Notes under the pieces: generated by a model | The model's input: the letters and a program-made list of their open reading frames with translations, nothing else | Told to the model about the DNA's origin: nothing | Databases searched by the model: none | In this document: positions 46,220 to 60,860 of the stretch, piece by piece | Layout of the letters: each line of letters opens with the position of its first letter | How positions within the stretch are numbered: the stretch's first letter is position 1 | Assembly: GCA_973895155.1 (NCBI GenBank) | Contig: OZ316895.1 | Location: 3,831,659 to 3,895,658, forward strand | Reading direction: 5' to 3' | DNA from: Marsupella aquatica | Taxonomy: Eukaryota; Plantae; Marchantiophyta | DNA length: 64,000 nt | Translations under genes and position numbers: made by a program

Positions 46220-47560
46220 CAAAAACTGGACTCTTTGTTTTGTCTTGAATGGAAATGAGGAAGAGCACTTAGTAGACTCTCCCCACCCCAATAGTGACAT
46301 ACATTCATTGTCTTAGAAAATCTTGTGAGGGAGAGCGTCACTACAGTTCATACCTTTCGGGTCTTGCTCAGCTGCCATTGTCGTCAATGAGGCCAAGGCA
46401 ACGAAAGACATGACCAAAGAGGCCAATTTTGAAAACCGTTATGAATGTGTGGCACTTGCCCTTCCCGACAATTGCAAGTTACACACCAATGCAGTCGATT
46501 TTGTGGGCTCTGGAGCTCCTTTGCCTCTTGGAGGTCACTAATCAATGCTCTCGATGATGAGGGCGCTGCTGCAAGTTGAAGAAACATACAGTTAGTGAGG
46601 TGGGGAGCTGAAGCAGGAACGCCACCTGTAATTCAGGGCTGATAAGGAGCTCCTCTACCTAAACTATCACCAAGCTTAATGAATGACGCTCTGATCTCGG
46701 ACACCTTCAGTGGGATAGGGCAAACGTTTTGGAAGGTGCAAAGTTAGTACTGTAGTCCGAGGCCACTGTTGCCTGAAGTTCCTCGATGACGAGCCCACGA
46801 TCCGTATCTGCCATCGCTCACCCTCTAGCAATGGTAACAATTTCAGGGGTTTTGATCAGGACACGGAACAGAATTCCATCCTGTTACCAAAATGTGTTGA
46901 AAACCATTCCAGGAACCTCACCGGGGCCAATTAGTACAGAAGCACCGGTAGTCACTCTTATGAATTGGATCATAAGAGTTGAATTTGAAGATCATTATCA
47001 GACTCAGGATGTTTTGAGTTGGAGCCCCACTCATCTGGGAACTCCACTATCCTACTGAACTTTCACAGATATCCCTACTCTGATCATGCCCCCTAACGTT
47101 CGGACAACACATACTGACCAAATACTGCTCAAGGAGGCAAAACTTGAGCTTCGTGCCGTTCACTGCTAATTAAATACGTCAAGACACCGAGATTTATCGT
47201 AAAGGTCCTGGTTGCATTTTCGGGGACGTAGGCAGCAGACTGACATGTGGAATTGGAACGGTGGAGACAAAACAGGACAATAGAAAATCATCCAAGACTG
47301 GTAGATGTGTCCCAGCACAAAATTAATCGAGTAAAACTGATGAAGCAAGGCTTTAGTGAAAAAATACAAATGGCAAATTGCTTGTAGGAGAACCGCCTCG
47401 TGAATTGAAACACACAATTTTCTCAATAGGTGGCAATGAAGTTGTGCATATTACCAGGGCAGCTACAAAGCTTCCACTCCGGACTTTGATAGGCCCTGAT
47501 TCTTAAAGTAATTAAAAGTGATCTCTTGTGGCAACTACAGACTTTCAAACAAGTACATTA

Positions 47561-50312
47561 TTACAATGAGCCCCTTGAGGTGACAGCAGTTTGTATTCTC
47601 TCCACCATTTGAGCAACAGAGAGTGTCCCCAGCTCCCCACCATGTCTCGTGCGCACAGTAAGTGTCTCCGTCTCCACTTCTTTAGGTCCCACAACGGCCA
47701 TAACTGGAATTTTCTGTGTCTCAGCAGTCCGAATCAATTTTGAAAGTCGCTCACCGTGCCCAAGCTCCGCTCTGATATCAAGCTCTTTCAGATGCGCTAC
47801 TACCTTCTGGCAATATGGCAACTCAGTATCTGTGACTGGAAGTAACCTAATCTGAACAGGAGCTAGCCAAAAGGGGAAGTCTCCTGCATAGTTTTCTACC
47901 AATATACCGAAGAATCGCTCAACGGAGCCAAGAATAGCACGATGAATCATTATGGGCTGTTTCTTGGAGCTCTCCGTATCTACATAAACCAGTTTGAACC
48001 TAGTTGGGAGATTAAAATCCACTTGAATTGTCGAGCATTGCCATTTTCGACCAATGGCGTCTTCAATCTTCAGATCTATTTTGGGGCCATAGAAAGCGCC
48101 TCCACCCTCATCAATAGAATAATCCCATCCTTTATCCTCCAGTGCATCTCTCAAAGCATTTGTGGCTTTGTCCCAGATTTCATCGCTGCCTACTGCTTTC
48201 TCTGGCTTGGTAGAAAGGTTGACTTCGTACTTAGTGAACCCAAATTGAGAAAGAACTTCTTCAGTAAGATCCAGTACACCCCTGATTTCATCTTTAATCT
48301 GGTGCGGAAGACAAAAGATATGCGCGTCATCTTGTGTAAAGCCCCTGACACGGAACAATCCACACAAGGCTCCTGATCTCTCGTACCGATACACTGTTCC
48401 GAGCTCAGCAACCCGAATTGGTAATTCCCTGTATGAGCGCATCGCGTCCTTATATATCTGAATATGGCAAGGGCAGTTCATAGGTTTGAGTTGGTAAGTT
48501 TCTTCCTCCACGTCCATAGGTTCATACATATTCTCCTTGTAAAAGTCAAGGTGACCACTAGTTTTCCATAAATCCAACTTTGCTATATGAGGAGTGTAGA
48601 GAAGCTCGTAGCCCCTCCTCAGATGGATTTTCTTCCAATAGTCCTCAATTAAGTGCCGTACCATCGCACCCTTGGGATGCCAAAAGACTAAACCACCTCC
48701 CGCATCTTCCTGTGACCAAGAATTTTAATAGGTCAGCTATGTAGAATTCCAGGCAAAGTAAGCAATCCTTTGGTTACCGCAGTCTATAGACAAAACAACT
48801 TGTGCGCCAGTATGAAATACCTGGATAGAAAATAGGTACCTGGATAGAAAATAGGTTAAGGTCTTGACCCAGACGCCTGTGATCCCTCCTCTTGGCTTCT
48901 TCTTTCTGTAATTGGTAAGCTTTCAATTGCTCCTCCGTCTCCCATGCAGTTCCATAGATTCGTTGCAACATTTGCCTTTTCTCGTCGCCTCTCCAATAAG
49001 CTCCAGCTACGGACTCCAATTCAATGGCCTTCCGAGGCAGTTGCCCTGTCCTCTCGACATGAGGCCCGGCACAAAGGTCCCACCATTCCTCTCCTACGTG
49101 ATATATTGTGATTGGCTCTGTTTTAATGCTGTCCAAAATTTCAAGCTTGTAGGGCTCGTTGATCTCCTTAATCCGCCGCGCTGCCTCCTCTCTGCTGACT
49201 TCCTCCCTTCTTAGAGGCAGATTACGGCCAATTATGCGATCCATTGCTTTCTTAATTTTCTTCAGATCAGCATCTGTCAAAGTCTCCTCCATGGCAAAGT
49301 CATAGTAGAATCCCTTCTCAATCCAAGGCCCTATGGTAACCTGCGCATTTGGATATAGCTTCTGAACCGCCATGGCCATCACATGAGCACTCTGTAGCAC
49401 AGCCATTTCAAGATGCTGAGTACCAAGTCCTTGGGAGTGCCAGGAAAATCCAGCTCAAATCAAAAGCACCTGAGCAGCAGTTTCAAGATGCATGAAATAA
49501 AAAGGCTATTTTTGAAGCAGCGCTTTCAAGGACAACTAGATAGCTGCACTACAGCTCCATGAGTAGTACCACACGTTGCCAGTTAAATTGATCTCTTCGA
49601 CAAAAAGTAACGTGGGTTCTCTACTTATCGGAATTGGCCCGAGACAATTGATACGAAATGCACACAATCCAGTGGCAAACTTGGTATTTTGCTTCGAGAA
49701 ACAGACTACTGTACTTCCAAGATTTACAAAATCTAAATCCCAGCACGTTAAAACCCTAACTCCTCAGAAACCAATTACTTTCAATCCCATTAATGAAAGG
49801 GCAGACAACGACCTACTGCGTTTCGAGTCCTGGATCCCAGTACGCGAGGACACAACGGGATGATCAACAGGGCTACCAGCACAAAATGAAAGAAGACGGA
49901 TGACAGGATTTCAAATCAAGGTTCTCACAGTATGCCGAATTCGCAGCAATCTGTCGGAAGAGTGATTGGTAGGAAGAACTACTGGCACTTGCTCATCCTC
50001 TGCCACAGTAATTTCCACTTCCGACGGCGTTCTCGATACGGTCTCTTGCCCTGCAGCCAACGACGCAAAAGCCTTCACTCCTTTAGATTTGAGCTGCTGC
50101 GGCTCATTACCGAGAACGTTGCTGCTGCCCACAGCATTGACTCGCACACAAGAAGGAGATGATCGTGCCGTCAAATCGACCAACATCGTAGGTGCCCATA
50201 AACCGGAGTACGAGCGAGCCGAGCTGATCGTGGACCGCCCGGCCTGGGACTTCAGCGCGACCCATGTCCGCGGCTCCCACAACACATGACAGAGGCCCTT
50301 CGTGCAGAACAT
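47561..50312 (-). CDS. Threonyl-tRNA synthetase, organellar (chloroplast/mitochondrial, bacterial-type), 3 exons
   Basis: Exons 50312-49929, 49391-48840 and 48709-47561 are in frame. RIRHT|[77 protein letters not shown]-terminal targeting extension. Confidence 0.96.
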
Positions 50313-53300
50313 TGTGGCAATTGCCCAGAGCGAGCAGGAATCGAGAGCTAGAAGACTTCCACCGAGGAGGGCAAGTGGAAATACAAATCCATGGCCAGTC
50401 ACAAACAAGAGGTGGTGTTCAAAAGACCAACAATCATCTCTCTACTTGTTCATCCACCCTAGTGATGCTGATCCACAGACGGCTTTTCGAGGCAAAACGA
50501 CTCGTCTACTCAATTCAATCTACGCTGATTCACAGACAGTCTTCGCTCTCCTTTGAGTCGAGAGGCCAGAGAGAGCTCATAAATTCGGTCAGTACATAAT
50601 AACAATTAGAGATCCATCTCACCGGAAATTGAGGAGTGCGTAATGTCCATCCCGAAATGCCGGGTGTGCTGCGGTATGGAGCTCAGGAGCTATGGCGGGA
50701 GGTGTTGTGGACGTAGCTGGGACAGTCATGTCTTGATTTCCACAGGGAGGTGGAGAGGAGAAGGAGGGGCCACAAGAAACCCATATCTTTCCATTTCGAG
50801 AAAAGATGATGTATTTTTCTTTCCGAGACTCACGCGTGCCCAATGAGGGTTGGGCCACTGGTGCATTTTTCTTTCCTCGACTGAAGCGTGCCCAATGAGG
50901 GTTGGAGGAGGTACTTTTTTCTTTCACTTGTGTGTGTGTTCCCCTTTTATTAGGCCTCTCAAACCAGGTGTTCCGTCGAGTCTTTTGGTGACTGGAATAG
51001 TGTGGCTGCAGGTCAAAAATCTGTGGTTCCAATAGGGTGTCTCAAACCTCTGAGTTTTGCCTCGGGTCACAGTCAAGGCCATTTTCCTGGAAGTAAAGTG
51101 GCCGACATGAAAAAGCTTGTACGCACACTAGTGACCAAAGACCAAAACCGTTATTTTCAGGCCATATATTTTTGCTGCCTTCACATATCTGAGACTTTCT
51201 AGTAAAATGCTATTGCCACTAATTTGGATTGTCTGTGCACTGAGGTTGGCAAATGGGTCTGCACAAATGTGAGGGATGATGGTGATTGTGACCTGTCTAG
51301 CTCAAACCAAAAACCCTCCCGGTGAAGTTTTCCTGAAAGATGGTCTTGGTCAGGGTTGCGGACAGAAATTTCCTCAAGATGGTTTTGGTCAGGGTTGCAG
51401 ACAAAAATTTCTTGCAATGGTTGGCCAAAGAGAGGGAGACAGGTAGTTTGAGATGCTAAATTTGGTTCTTGCCTTTGGGGCAATGTCTTCCACTCTGGCT
51501 CTTTTTGTTATTTGCCAGTGTGATCCAGTTAAACCACACATCAGGGTATAAAAAGCCCCAATTGAAAGTACTGTCCGGCCACTCCGTATCTGCCCGTGGG
51601 GCCCACCTTGTACTGTGCTGGCCTGCCCGTCCCCTCCGCCCGTCCTGGCTGCCCTAGCCCTCAGGAGTTGCTTGTCATGAGTGACAACTCTAGAGTCGTA
51701 GTTGTTTTGGAGTGATTCACATCTCTTTGTATATTCACAAAGAGATTCAAAATAATGTGCATCAATTCAAGAATGTGGTCCGTTCACCTTGTGTGTCACT
51801 TTGGCCTAGCGCGTGTCAGTTTGACTTGTCACCTCCAGACATCTCAAAACGCGTCCTTTGTCCTCGCCTATGAATTGTAGCATTGCTCACTGTTGCCACA
51901 ATAGGCACACTGCAAATTGTCCCGATCGATAACATGATTGTTCTGGACTTAGTCTTGTCCGATTGCACCCCTCAATAAGATGTATGTGGGCTGTCTGTGA
52001 CTGTTTGTCCCTTCTCGATGCTATCTATGTGCGCTTTTTGACAAGACTACAGGAGAAAGGTGTATAAAGCAGGTAGTATTGATCCATGCTCTGTGTGCTA
52101 TTTGCTTGAAGTGTCTTCTTGCTGTCTACTTGCAAAGAGAGGTTTCACTCAGTCAAGAACAAACTCATTGGATCAGCTGTTGTGACGGGAAGAAAGGTGA
52201 TCAATTGGTTGTGCGGTTGTCCTGCACGTTTGAGCCTGGCAATCGCCATTCTCATTTGAGAATCTATTGTTGACTTGAAATATGGAATTGTTGTGATAGG
52301 TTCTGCTTCATTCTTTACTTTTCACGAGTGCAGATTCTGCGGAACCTGCACTGACTGCACTTGTCAACTAGTGAATGACAGTAGCATGGGTGGTATTTGT
52401 GTCGTCTCCCGATAAAAGTCTAAGCCCCTCCCACTGATTCCATCGCTCCACGTACTGGGACCCGGATTGGTGGCTTGGCATCCGGTCTCATCTTCTTCCT
52501 ATACTCCATGTCATCACTCAGGTACTTTGGTCTTGGAGGACCACCACCCCGAGGAGGACGTTTATGCCGGCCACCAGGGAGTTCAGGAGGCTCCATCCCT
52601 AACATAGTGGTACGATAACTACCTTACTACAAATAAAAAAATCTCACTCTAGAGGTAGTGTCACTTGCCTATCCAACGATTAATACGTGCGAACCATACT
52701 TTTCTTCGCTTAAACCGTTGGTATCGTATTACGGGGTCGTGAATGGATGCTATTTGGAGGATTTCCACACCTAAGGATGAGTATGTTTGATTCCACTCCC
52801 GAAAGTGTACTTTTTGATCAGGTCTACCAACTTGTCTCTCCGTTTTTGATCAAGTCCAAGGGACTGGCCCTACCATCTACAACTCATGCCCACCGGTTGA
52901 GTGCTGTCACCACCCCCCCTCTCATGGGCAAGCATACAAACGTTTACAATAAGATATGAACACTAGTGACAAGGGCAAATGTTTCCACAATGAAGCCGAC
53001 CACATGCACTAGGGGAGGAAAATAAACAACACAAACAACAACAAGTGACACACAAAATATTGGAACCTCAAGCCAAATCCATATCTCTTGGTGTTTCTCG
53101 TAACACATGCAAGGACAACCCGACCTCCTACCGTTTGCCCAACTCTTGCCTCCCGGAGACAAGTGCTACGTTCTCCACCTCACTACTCTAGCTTGAACTT
53201 CTCCTAATGGGTGCGCTACTCACAAAAGCTACTCAAAAGCATCAAAGCCCTACACTGAGTTCCCCCCCTCTATTCATACCTGGGCTTCCCCCTAAATACT

Positions 53301-53595
53301 GGAAACAAACACACCAAAGCACCCCTCATGGAGTCACAAAGATGGCGGCTACCCTAGCGGTGCCGCTAAAACCCTTCACGAAAGAAATCCCTAATCCTAA
53401 AGCATGCGGCACACACATGCTCCTAAAACCCTAATCTAATTACTGCCCCTAACTTACTCATCTTGGCTCTGTTTGAGGAGCTTGCTGCCTCTTGTTGGAA
53501 TGAGCTCCGAGAGCTTTTTCCATCAAGCCCATGAGTGCCCACTTCCAAAAAGTTTCAAACTCCAGAGGTCGTACGACCAAGTCCGTACGGCTACC

Positions 53596-55343
53596 CTAGT
53601 CCTCTTCCGTGTCACTCACAGTGCCCTGGCTTGAGCCCCGTGAGTTGGTCTCCTTATCACTCTCAATTGGAGTGGAGACTACTCCGTTTTTCTTCTTCTT
53701 CACTGGTGTACTCCTCCCGCTAGTGCTTCCTTGCTTCCTCAACGCTACCAAGGCTTGCCAAGCCCTAACATAGCCCTCACCGATGGTATCCTTCCACAAG
53801 GCAGCCTCCTCACCGGATTGCAACTCCAACGGTAAAACCTGTCCGGTGGCCACGAGAGTCCCTGGTGTCACGGATCTGGATGGCATCCCCGGGGTTCCCG
53901 TATTGACTTGGGCCTCCCTCAATGACTTACGTGCCTCCTTGAGCTTCTTCTCCAAGCTCTTATTCTTCTCCTGATTCTTCTTGGCTGCTTCCAGCAGGGG
54001 ACCATACTTCTCACTTACTTCCTTCACCACCATCTCAATGGCTTTGGAGACCAGGTCAGGGGAAAGCGTGGAGCTAGGGTGGTAGGGGCTCTTCCGTTTC
54101 CCCAGACTCAAGGCCTCACTTCTCTTGGCCCTAGTCTCAAAGATCCCCACCTGACTTCGTGTTTTGCAACTTGGCCTCTTAACCTCCCCACATCTCTCGT
54201 GTTCTGCTTCTCTTTGGCCAATGCTTCTCTCAGCACCCCAACCTCCTCCGCTTCTTTGGCCTTGGTAGACAAGGCCCCTCTCAACTGAGAAATCTCCACT
54301 TGAGCCGCATGGAGGAGCTTGGCATTCTCTTGTATGGCCTCCTCCTAAGCTTTGATCACCTCCTTCATCGACGTGGCACCCTGCTGCAATGTTTCCACCC
54401 TTGTGTTGGCCTGCTTGAGCGCATCTCTCAATGTGTGGGCTAGCTTGAGCCCCTCATGGACCCCTTCACAAAAATCCCGTAATTCCGCCAAGTACACCTC
54501 TGGAATGTCGTAAGCAAGGTGCTCCTCTGGGTTCCCCACCAAAGATTCAAGCCACTCCAACGTGTGATCCTCATCCTGGATGTCTTCCTCAACTTGACCG
54601 TCTCCCGTTCCTGCTGACACTACTGGCACCTCCGTTAGTTTTCCCAAGATGGTAGTGACAATGTTGCGGATCTCCGTGGTAAGGGGTGCCCCAGCTTCTT
54701 CAGGTCCCGGGGAGGCAATCAATCCTTCTGCCCTAAATGACCCCATCAAATGCAAAGCTCCCTCCGATTTCAGACTCTTGGACTCAGTGGCCAATAGCTT
54801 TGTCAATCCGTAATACCACCATCCATAAGCATGGGTTGGGTATTTTCAAATATCCAAAGAAATTATGAAATGCTCCCCATTCACTACCCCGGATTGCACA
54901 TTATCAAGGACCCATTGGTGAACCTTGGCCAGAAATCCCTTGTGTGCTGCATCCTTGACGGCCGAGAGGTGAATGGCCGTGGTGGAGGTGGGATTGTTCA
55001 CCCAGCAGGCCACCATTGTCAACGTGAGATGCCCGATTATGTTCAGGGGGGTGAATGAGAACTGTTGGTTCTCCAAAACCAAAAACTTAGCCAATTCGGC
55101 ATGAGGCACCAACCACTGAATACACGCAAAATAAATCCCCTCCATGCGCAATTCCATTCCAGCCTCGAGGTCCCAACTCTTCCCTAGAGGGATTATAATC
55201 TCTACTCTCATGAAGTCGGTGAGCCTGGTGGCTTGGAACATAGCCTTGCAATCTTCCATCACCCGAGCAGAGGTCTTGGGGTAAATTTGACGGAAAACTT
55301 TCCTCATGACCGGTGCGGGGCTTGCTGCCGGTCCAGTGCTCAT
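53596..55343 (-). pseudogene. Degenerate unknown gene with coiled-coil segments, TE cargo
   Basis: ORFs 54846-55343, 54345-54806 and 54108-54299 share one frame, separated by stops; there is then a frameshift into 53596-54150. No family recognised. Confidence 0.5.
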
Positions 55344-58300
55344 TGTTGCCTTTCTTTCTTCTCTCTCCTTCTCAATTAGTGTTGCAATGTACTCATGGTA
55401 AGCGGCCTTTTATTTACGAACACAAGCAGCACTGAACTTAGGCTGATCAAGCATCCATGCTCTAGAAAAAATCCCCAATCACAAAATCCCATCACCACAT
55501 TCAAATCCTGGCCCGAACGGAGTCGCGGAACTCAACTACCTTAACACTTAGCTCCGGCGTTGCTGACTTCGACGTCGAGCTCCCTTATGGTCCAGGCCCG
55601 GAGGCAAGGAGCCAAGCTGGGGACAAACACTAAGGACTTGGACTAGCTAATAGTTGGTCGGGTCAAGGGGAGATGGGCTGGGCTCAAGGATGGCCGTCCG
55701 GATCTCCGGATGGACTTTGAGTTATGAGGGCTTGAGTGGGAGCTCCTCTTGGGCCCAAGGCCAATGGAGTTGACACCATGGGCAATGGACGCTTGGGGCG
55801 CAAGTTATGGCCCGATCCGGGTTGGGCCGGTCGGGGGCCCCAAGCGGCGATGAGACCTGAGGGCCTAGGCATGAGCACTGGGTTGGCCCGATCACAACGG
55901 TCTAAGGCACTGCACTTGCGGATGCCTAACGAGAAAGGTATGGGCGTTGCCAGTTGGTGGCGCGCCCATTATGCGCGATAGGATCCGGGTTGGGGGCCAA
56001 ATATTTAGGGACCAAAGCTGGTCCGGGGGTGACAGGTCTCCAAAAGCATATATGAGGGGAGTAGTGACTCCCTGGGGGCTAAGGGCAAGCCAAAGTCGTG
56101 AGCCACGGCGATCGTGACACTAAGGGAAACCGCCAAACAGAAACGATGATATCTTTCCAACGGGAAGTTCGTTGGAGAACTTCTTGGGTGTGTTGGAAAG
56201 CTCAGCTGGGTCTGGGGGCACTATGGGTTCTCAGGGTTTGCGGGTGTTAACTCACCCGCTTGCCAAATCCTACCGAACAACAACCAAGCCGTGTTCAGTC
56301 TCCCAAGGGAGCTTGCGTTGGGGAGGCAAGGCCAAGTAGGTGTGGAGGTTGAGTCCTAAGAGTGTCCGGCCCCTAGACCATCAGTGGGGCAAACCGGGAG
56401 TTGGTTGCTAGAGTCGGGGCCAGTCTGGTCCCGGCGTGTTGGGACAAGCTTGGGACAAGCTTTAGGACAAGCTACGCTATTTGGGCCATGAACATGTCCT
56501 GGGGTCAGGGCGGTCAATTGGTGATGGATAGGAACGAGGGGAAACTCGGGCCGCGCCCAAGGAAGGAGCTGTTCTGGATGAACAGTGGGCGTGGGTTCTG
56601 GTTCTGGCTTATGGCATTGGGAGGATGTATCGCTGACCTATTTACCAATGTCTGGTGAGCTTGAGTTAGGATGCTAGACTTGGCGAGTCCTAGATCCTGA
56701 AGGGTTACTTACCAAGGTGCTTGGTTGCTTGTGCAGATAGTGAGGACCGTTGAGTAGCGGTCGCGTTATAGAGCAAGTGCGGCTTTGTATGGGAGGGGTC
56801 GTTGGCGGTGCAAGGGGCACTAGGGTGCTTGCTCAAGGTATTCCGTGGAGGTGTTCGGGCACCAAGGGCCTTTAGGCATGAGTGCTGGGATTGGTGGGGG
56901 CGCTGGGTGGCAAGGTCCTCCACTTATGGCCCCCGTATCCCGATCAAGAACCACCTTCAATTTCCCCAGAAGCCACTCAATGCCGCCGTCGCTAATGCCT
57001 GGAAAAAGTGAGCCACCAATCTCCAATAATCAACCATGAGAGAGCTTCAAAAATAATTGCAAGAGCTGGAGAGAGCTTTCGGAATTGGGGAAATTGCTTT
57101 TGGCAATGAGAGGAGTCGCGCGCGACGGAGAAAGGAGAGAAAAGAAAAGCAAAGGAAAATTAAACACAAAGGAAAAAAAACCAAAAAACAAAGGGGAACC
57201 GAGTCCTCCCCTTGTGTTTCAAGTCCTCACGTCTCTCGCGCCACCCACCTTGCGGCGGCGCCTGCCTTGACTCACGGCTGCTGCCTCCACCTGGTTGCGG
57301 CCTACCGACTATCGGGAGCATTTAATGCCCCCGGCTTGCTCCGTGGGCCCTCGCGGGAGGGTGTAATAAGCCCCCCACTGCTCCGTTTTAATCCCCTCCC
57401 GGCTGCACTCTCTACGCGCCATGCAAGGGGGCTGCTCACGGCTCGGCTGGCCCTGGCAGTTCCTCGCGGCTGCCTGCTCCTACTCCTCGCTTGCGGGAGG
57501 GTTTAATGGGCGTCTCAAATATGAGGCGTCTCGGACTTTTCATCGGACCGGGGGTCAGCGGTCAGGGACGAGGGCCAAAGGTGGTCGGTCGCCCATATTT
57601 GTGACCGCTATTTTGTGTCCGGACGAGTTGCCGTGACCACGAACTTCCAGCCAAGGTGTATGGTTAAGTTAACTTAACCAGCCAGTGACTGCCCGTCTGC
57701 CAAACGGGCTGTTTGAGAAAAGTGCAAGGTTTGACTGTGAGAAACGTCGGTTTCAATCCAATCAGCATCTTCGACACTACACCAACAAAAGGTCAGGGCT
57801 GTGCGAAAGTTGCTCAGCTGCTACCTCACGCCATCTTTTCGGTGGTACCTCAATTTGAAGTTGCATCTAAAGCTGGATGGACAGGAGTGTGCGTGATGAG
57901 TTGTGCTCCCTCACTTACTGGAGTGGAGACCGATTGATTGATTTTATTCTGCTCGACTCCTCTCGCTCCTTGCTGTTGGTACGACTTGCTCTGTCACTCT
58001 CTCTGCTCCTCTGCCTTGCACCTAGGTTCTACCGTTCAGCTGGAGCATAAGGGACTGGAGGCAGCGGACGACGACTTCATACAGCAGCCCAGGAGCCCCT
58101 GAGTCTTGGTGAATTTGACCTAGACTCGTTACTCTATAGTGTAGTCTCTCTAGCTATTGAAAAGTTGTGTTCACACCTGTGTAGGAAATTGCTACCTTGC
58201 TGTAGCTTCGAATGAATCATGTGGAGCAGAGAATTGAAACGATGTGTTGCAATTCGTTTTTGCTTGAGGCCATATGAGTTGCTCGGGGAGTATTGCAGTA

Positions 58301-59338
58301 ATTGAGTGCAATTAGGTAAGTAAATGATGAATGCGTAACATGCACTGTAACTCTACATGTGTAACTAAGAAATTGAGTTTTCTTCACAACAGGGGAAAAG
58401 AATTAGCCAACGGGAGAACGGGCTTGAAATTGAAGCAGCTCCTAGTACTGTTAGGCTCTAGCCACCATGCCAAGCCAGCTACATTTGCAAGAAAATTGAA
58501 GCTCAAAGTTGATATCAAACAGTGAAAAGGAGGTGGTGTGCTTCACCATTGCAATGCCACACATGACGGCGATGATTTTCTGGCTACCAATTGTTCCCAG
58601 ATAGAACCTCCGGCCTACAAAACAAATTCAAAACAAAAAGCTTGTTCAGATTAATACATGCAAAACGGGCATTCAATGGACGTTGCTGAGGAAGTTCGAT
58701 CCTCCAAGGTAATGTTCTCAGTACTTTATCCACTGTATTGATTGCAAGCATTTCATAGATTTCGAATATTTATTTAATGAATTAACTACGACCGAGCTGA
58801 GGAACTTGCAATTAGACTGTCGGTTTATAAAATTATGTACTAATTTAGCCTGGACATGGTAACTTGATGCATTCTCTCATTTGCCCCCTAAAGCAATGAA
58901 TTACGAGTGTAACTTGTTGACTCCTTGGTGACTAAGACGATTTTTGATTCCTAATGTTTTTGGCATAGTTGTCTGTATGGCTGAGTGAAATTTCTTTTCA
59001 GACGTAGAGAATAATAGGGTTGATGACAAAAGCCATCAATTTCCACAAGCGCTTGTCTGGGCAGGAAATTCAGTGTTCATGTAAAAAATCCGTATCCCTC
59101 AAAAATCATATGTGCAGTCCAGCCGACTCTGGCCTTCCATGCAATTAAATCTCCTTGTGGCATTTCCTGTTTGGAGAGCCTATGTTTTGGTTCCAGCTGA
59201 AGCGGGTTTATGTTGTTAGTGGAGATAGCAAACCGTTGAAAGCTCTGTCAGATTTTGGTGTCAAATGTACCTTGTTTTGTCAAGTTCTTAGTGACAGTCC
59301 TGCTTGTTCTATTTTTCAGATTCGTCATTTCATTCAAG

Positions 59339-60860
59339 ATGCCTCGAATTTCAGACCGCCAAAAACAATTGAGAGTGGTCAAGCAAAACCTTGAATTCTA
59401 TATTGCTCTTCAAAGCTCATCTAGTGACTCTGATGTGGACTCCATCAACACTGTTGGATCACTTGAGTCAATTGAAATCACCAATTTCGACACAGATACA
59501 GAGGACGACACCACGTTTCACCTGGATTCCTCATCAGACTCGGACAGAGGAGAAGAGCAAGGGGAGTTTGATGCTAACCCAACTGACCTGTTTGAGTTGT
59601 ATTTCGTCCTGTACAATACCCGGTATTTTGTGCCTCGTCATGTTACAACCAAGTCGAATGAATTTGCAACACAATTTTTCCATAATTTGCCTGACAGATT
59701 GTTTCGTCAACTCACAAGGATGAGTAAGACCTCTTTTTTTCATTTGCTAGACTTGATTGTGCCTCACCCAATCTTTCAAAACAATTCAAACTATGATCAG
59801 GCACCTATTGTTCGTCAACTGGCTGTTTGTCTAGACCGCCTGGGGCATCAAGGGAATGGAGCATGCTTGAACCACATGATTCCTACTTGGGGTGTTAGCA
59901 ATGGGAGTTTGATTAATTTTTCTAGCCGATGTTTTAAGGCACTGGAAAGTGTGCTTGCAGACCAGATTTCATGGCCTACCAGATCTGAAAGGTACTTGCT
60001 TAATGAGGAATTTGCAAAGCATGGATTTCCTGGTTGTGTTGGTCTCATAGACAGATCTCTCCTTCCATTATCACAACGACCAAAGGCACATGGAGAGTGC
60101 TACTATGATCGCAAGTGCAACTACTCTGTGAATGTCCAGGTGGTCTGTGATCACCGTCGAAAGATTATTTTTATGTTCACAGGTAATTCCTCCTCTCCCT
60201 TCATTGCAATATTGTGCAGATTTGAATTTGAAGCCATTTGCTTGGATTTGTCTCATCTAAATTATGTATCATTTCTTCTGCCAAATTGCAGGGATGCCCG
60301 GATCATGTTCAGACCTCACTTGCGTGAGGCGGTCCCCTCTATGGCAATATTGCACTGATGTTCAGAGTAACATGTTTTTTGATGATGAACAATATATTAT
60401 CGGTGATTCCGGATACCAGGCATTGCCACATCTTGTTTGTGCTTTTAAGAGGGCGGACATGGTACTTGATAAAGAAGATTTCAACACATGTGTCGCCAAG
60501 TGTCGTGTTACAAACAAGCATTGCATTGGCATTCTAAAGTCACGATGACATTCACTAAAGGAGATCAGAGTTCAATTGAATAAAAAGAAAGACAGTGTGT
60601 GGATGGTTAGGTGGGTAATGCTATGCGGTAAATTACACAATTATGTCATGAGTCAAAATGATGAGTGGACACTAGATGATGAGGAAATAGAATTACCAGA
60701 GGTCCTGCCCAATGAGGAGGTAGGGGCTACTGAACGCACTGGGCGAGTTTCAAGGCGAGGGATTATAGCAGCGGGCAATGCTTTGTTAGTAAGAGTGATG
60801 GACGAGGCTTTGGCATTCAACAGACAACATGGAAGGTTTTTGTGGTCTCCTAGCGAGTAG
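59339..60860 (+). pseudogene. Harbinger (DDE_Tnp_4 / HARBI1-like) transposase, inactivated
   Basis: FRQLTRMSKTSF, GFPGCVGLID, YYDRKCNYSVNVQVVCD. Intron 60183-60291 joins G|MPGSCSD; IIGDSGY. RVTNKHCIGILKSR* has K at the expected catalytic E and a TGA at 60546. LHNY follows downstream. Confidence 0.9.

Noticed and set aside
51790-52410. Cys-rich minus-strand fragment
   Set aside because: Too many stops to reconstruct or assign.
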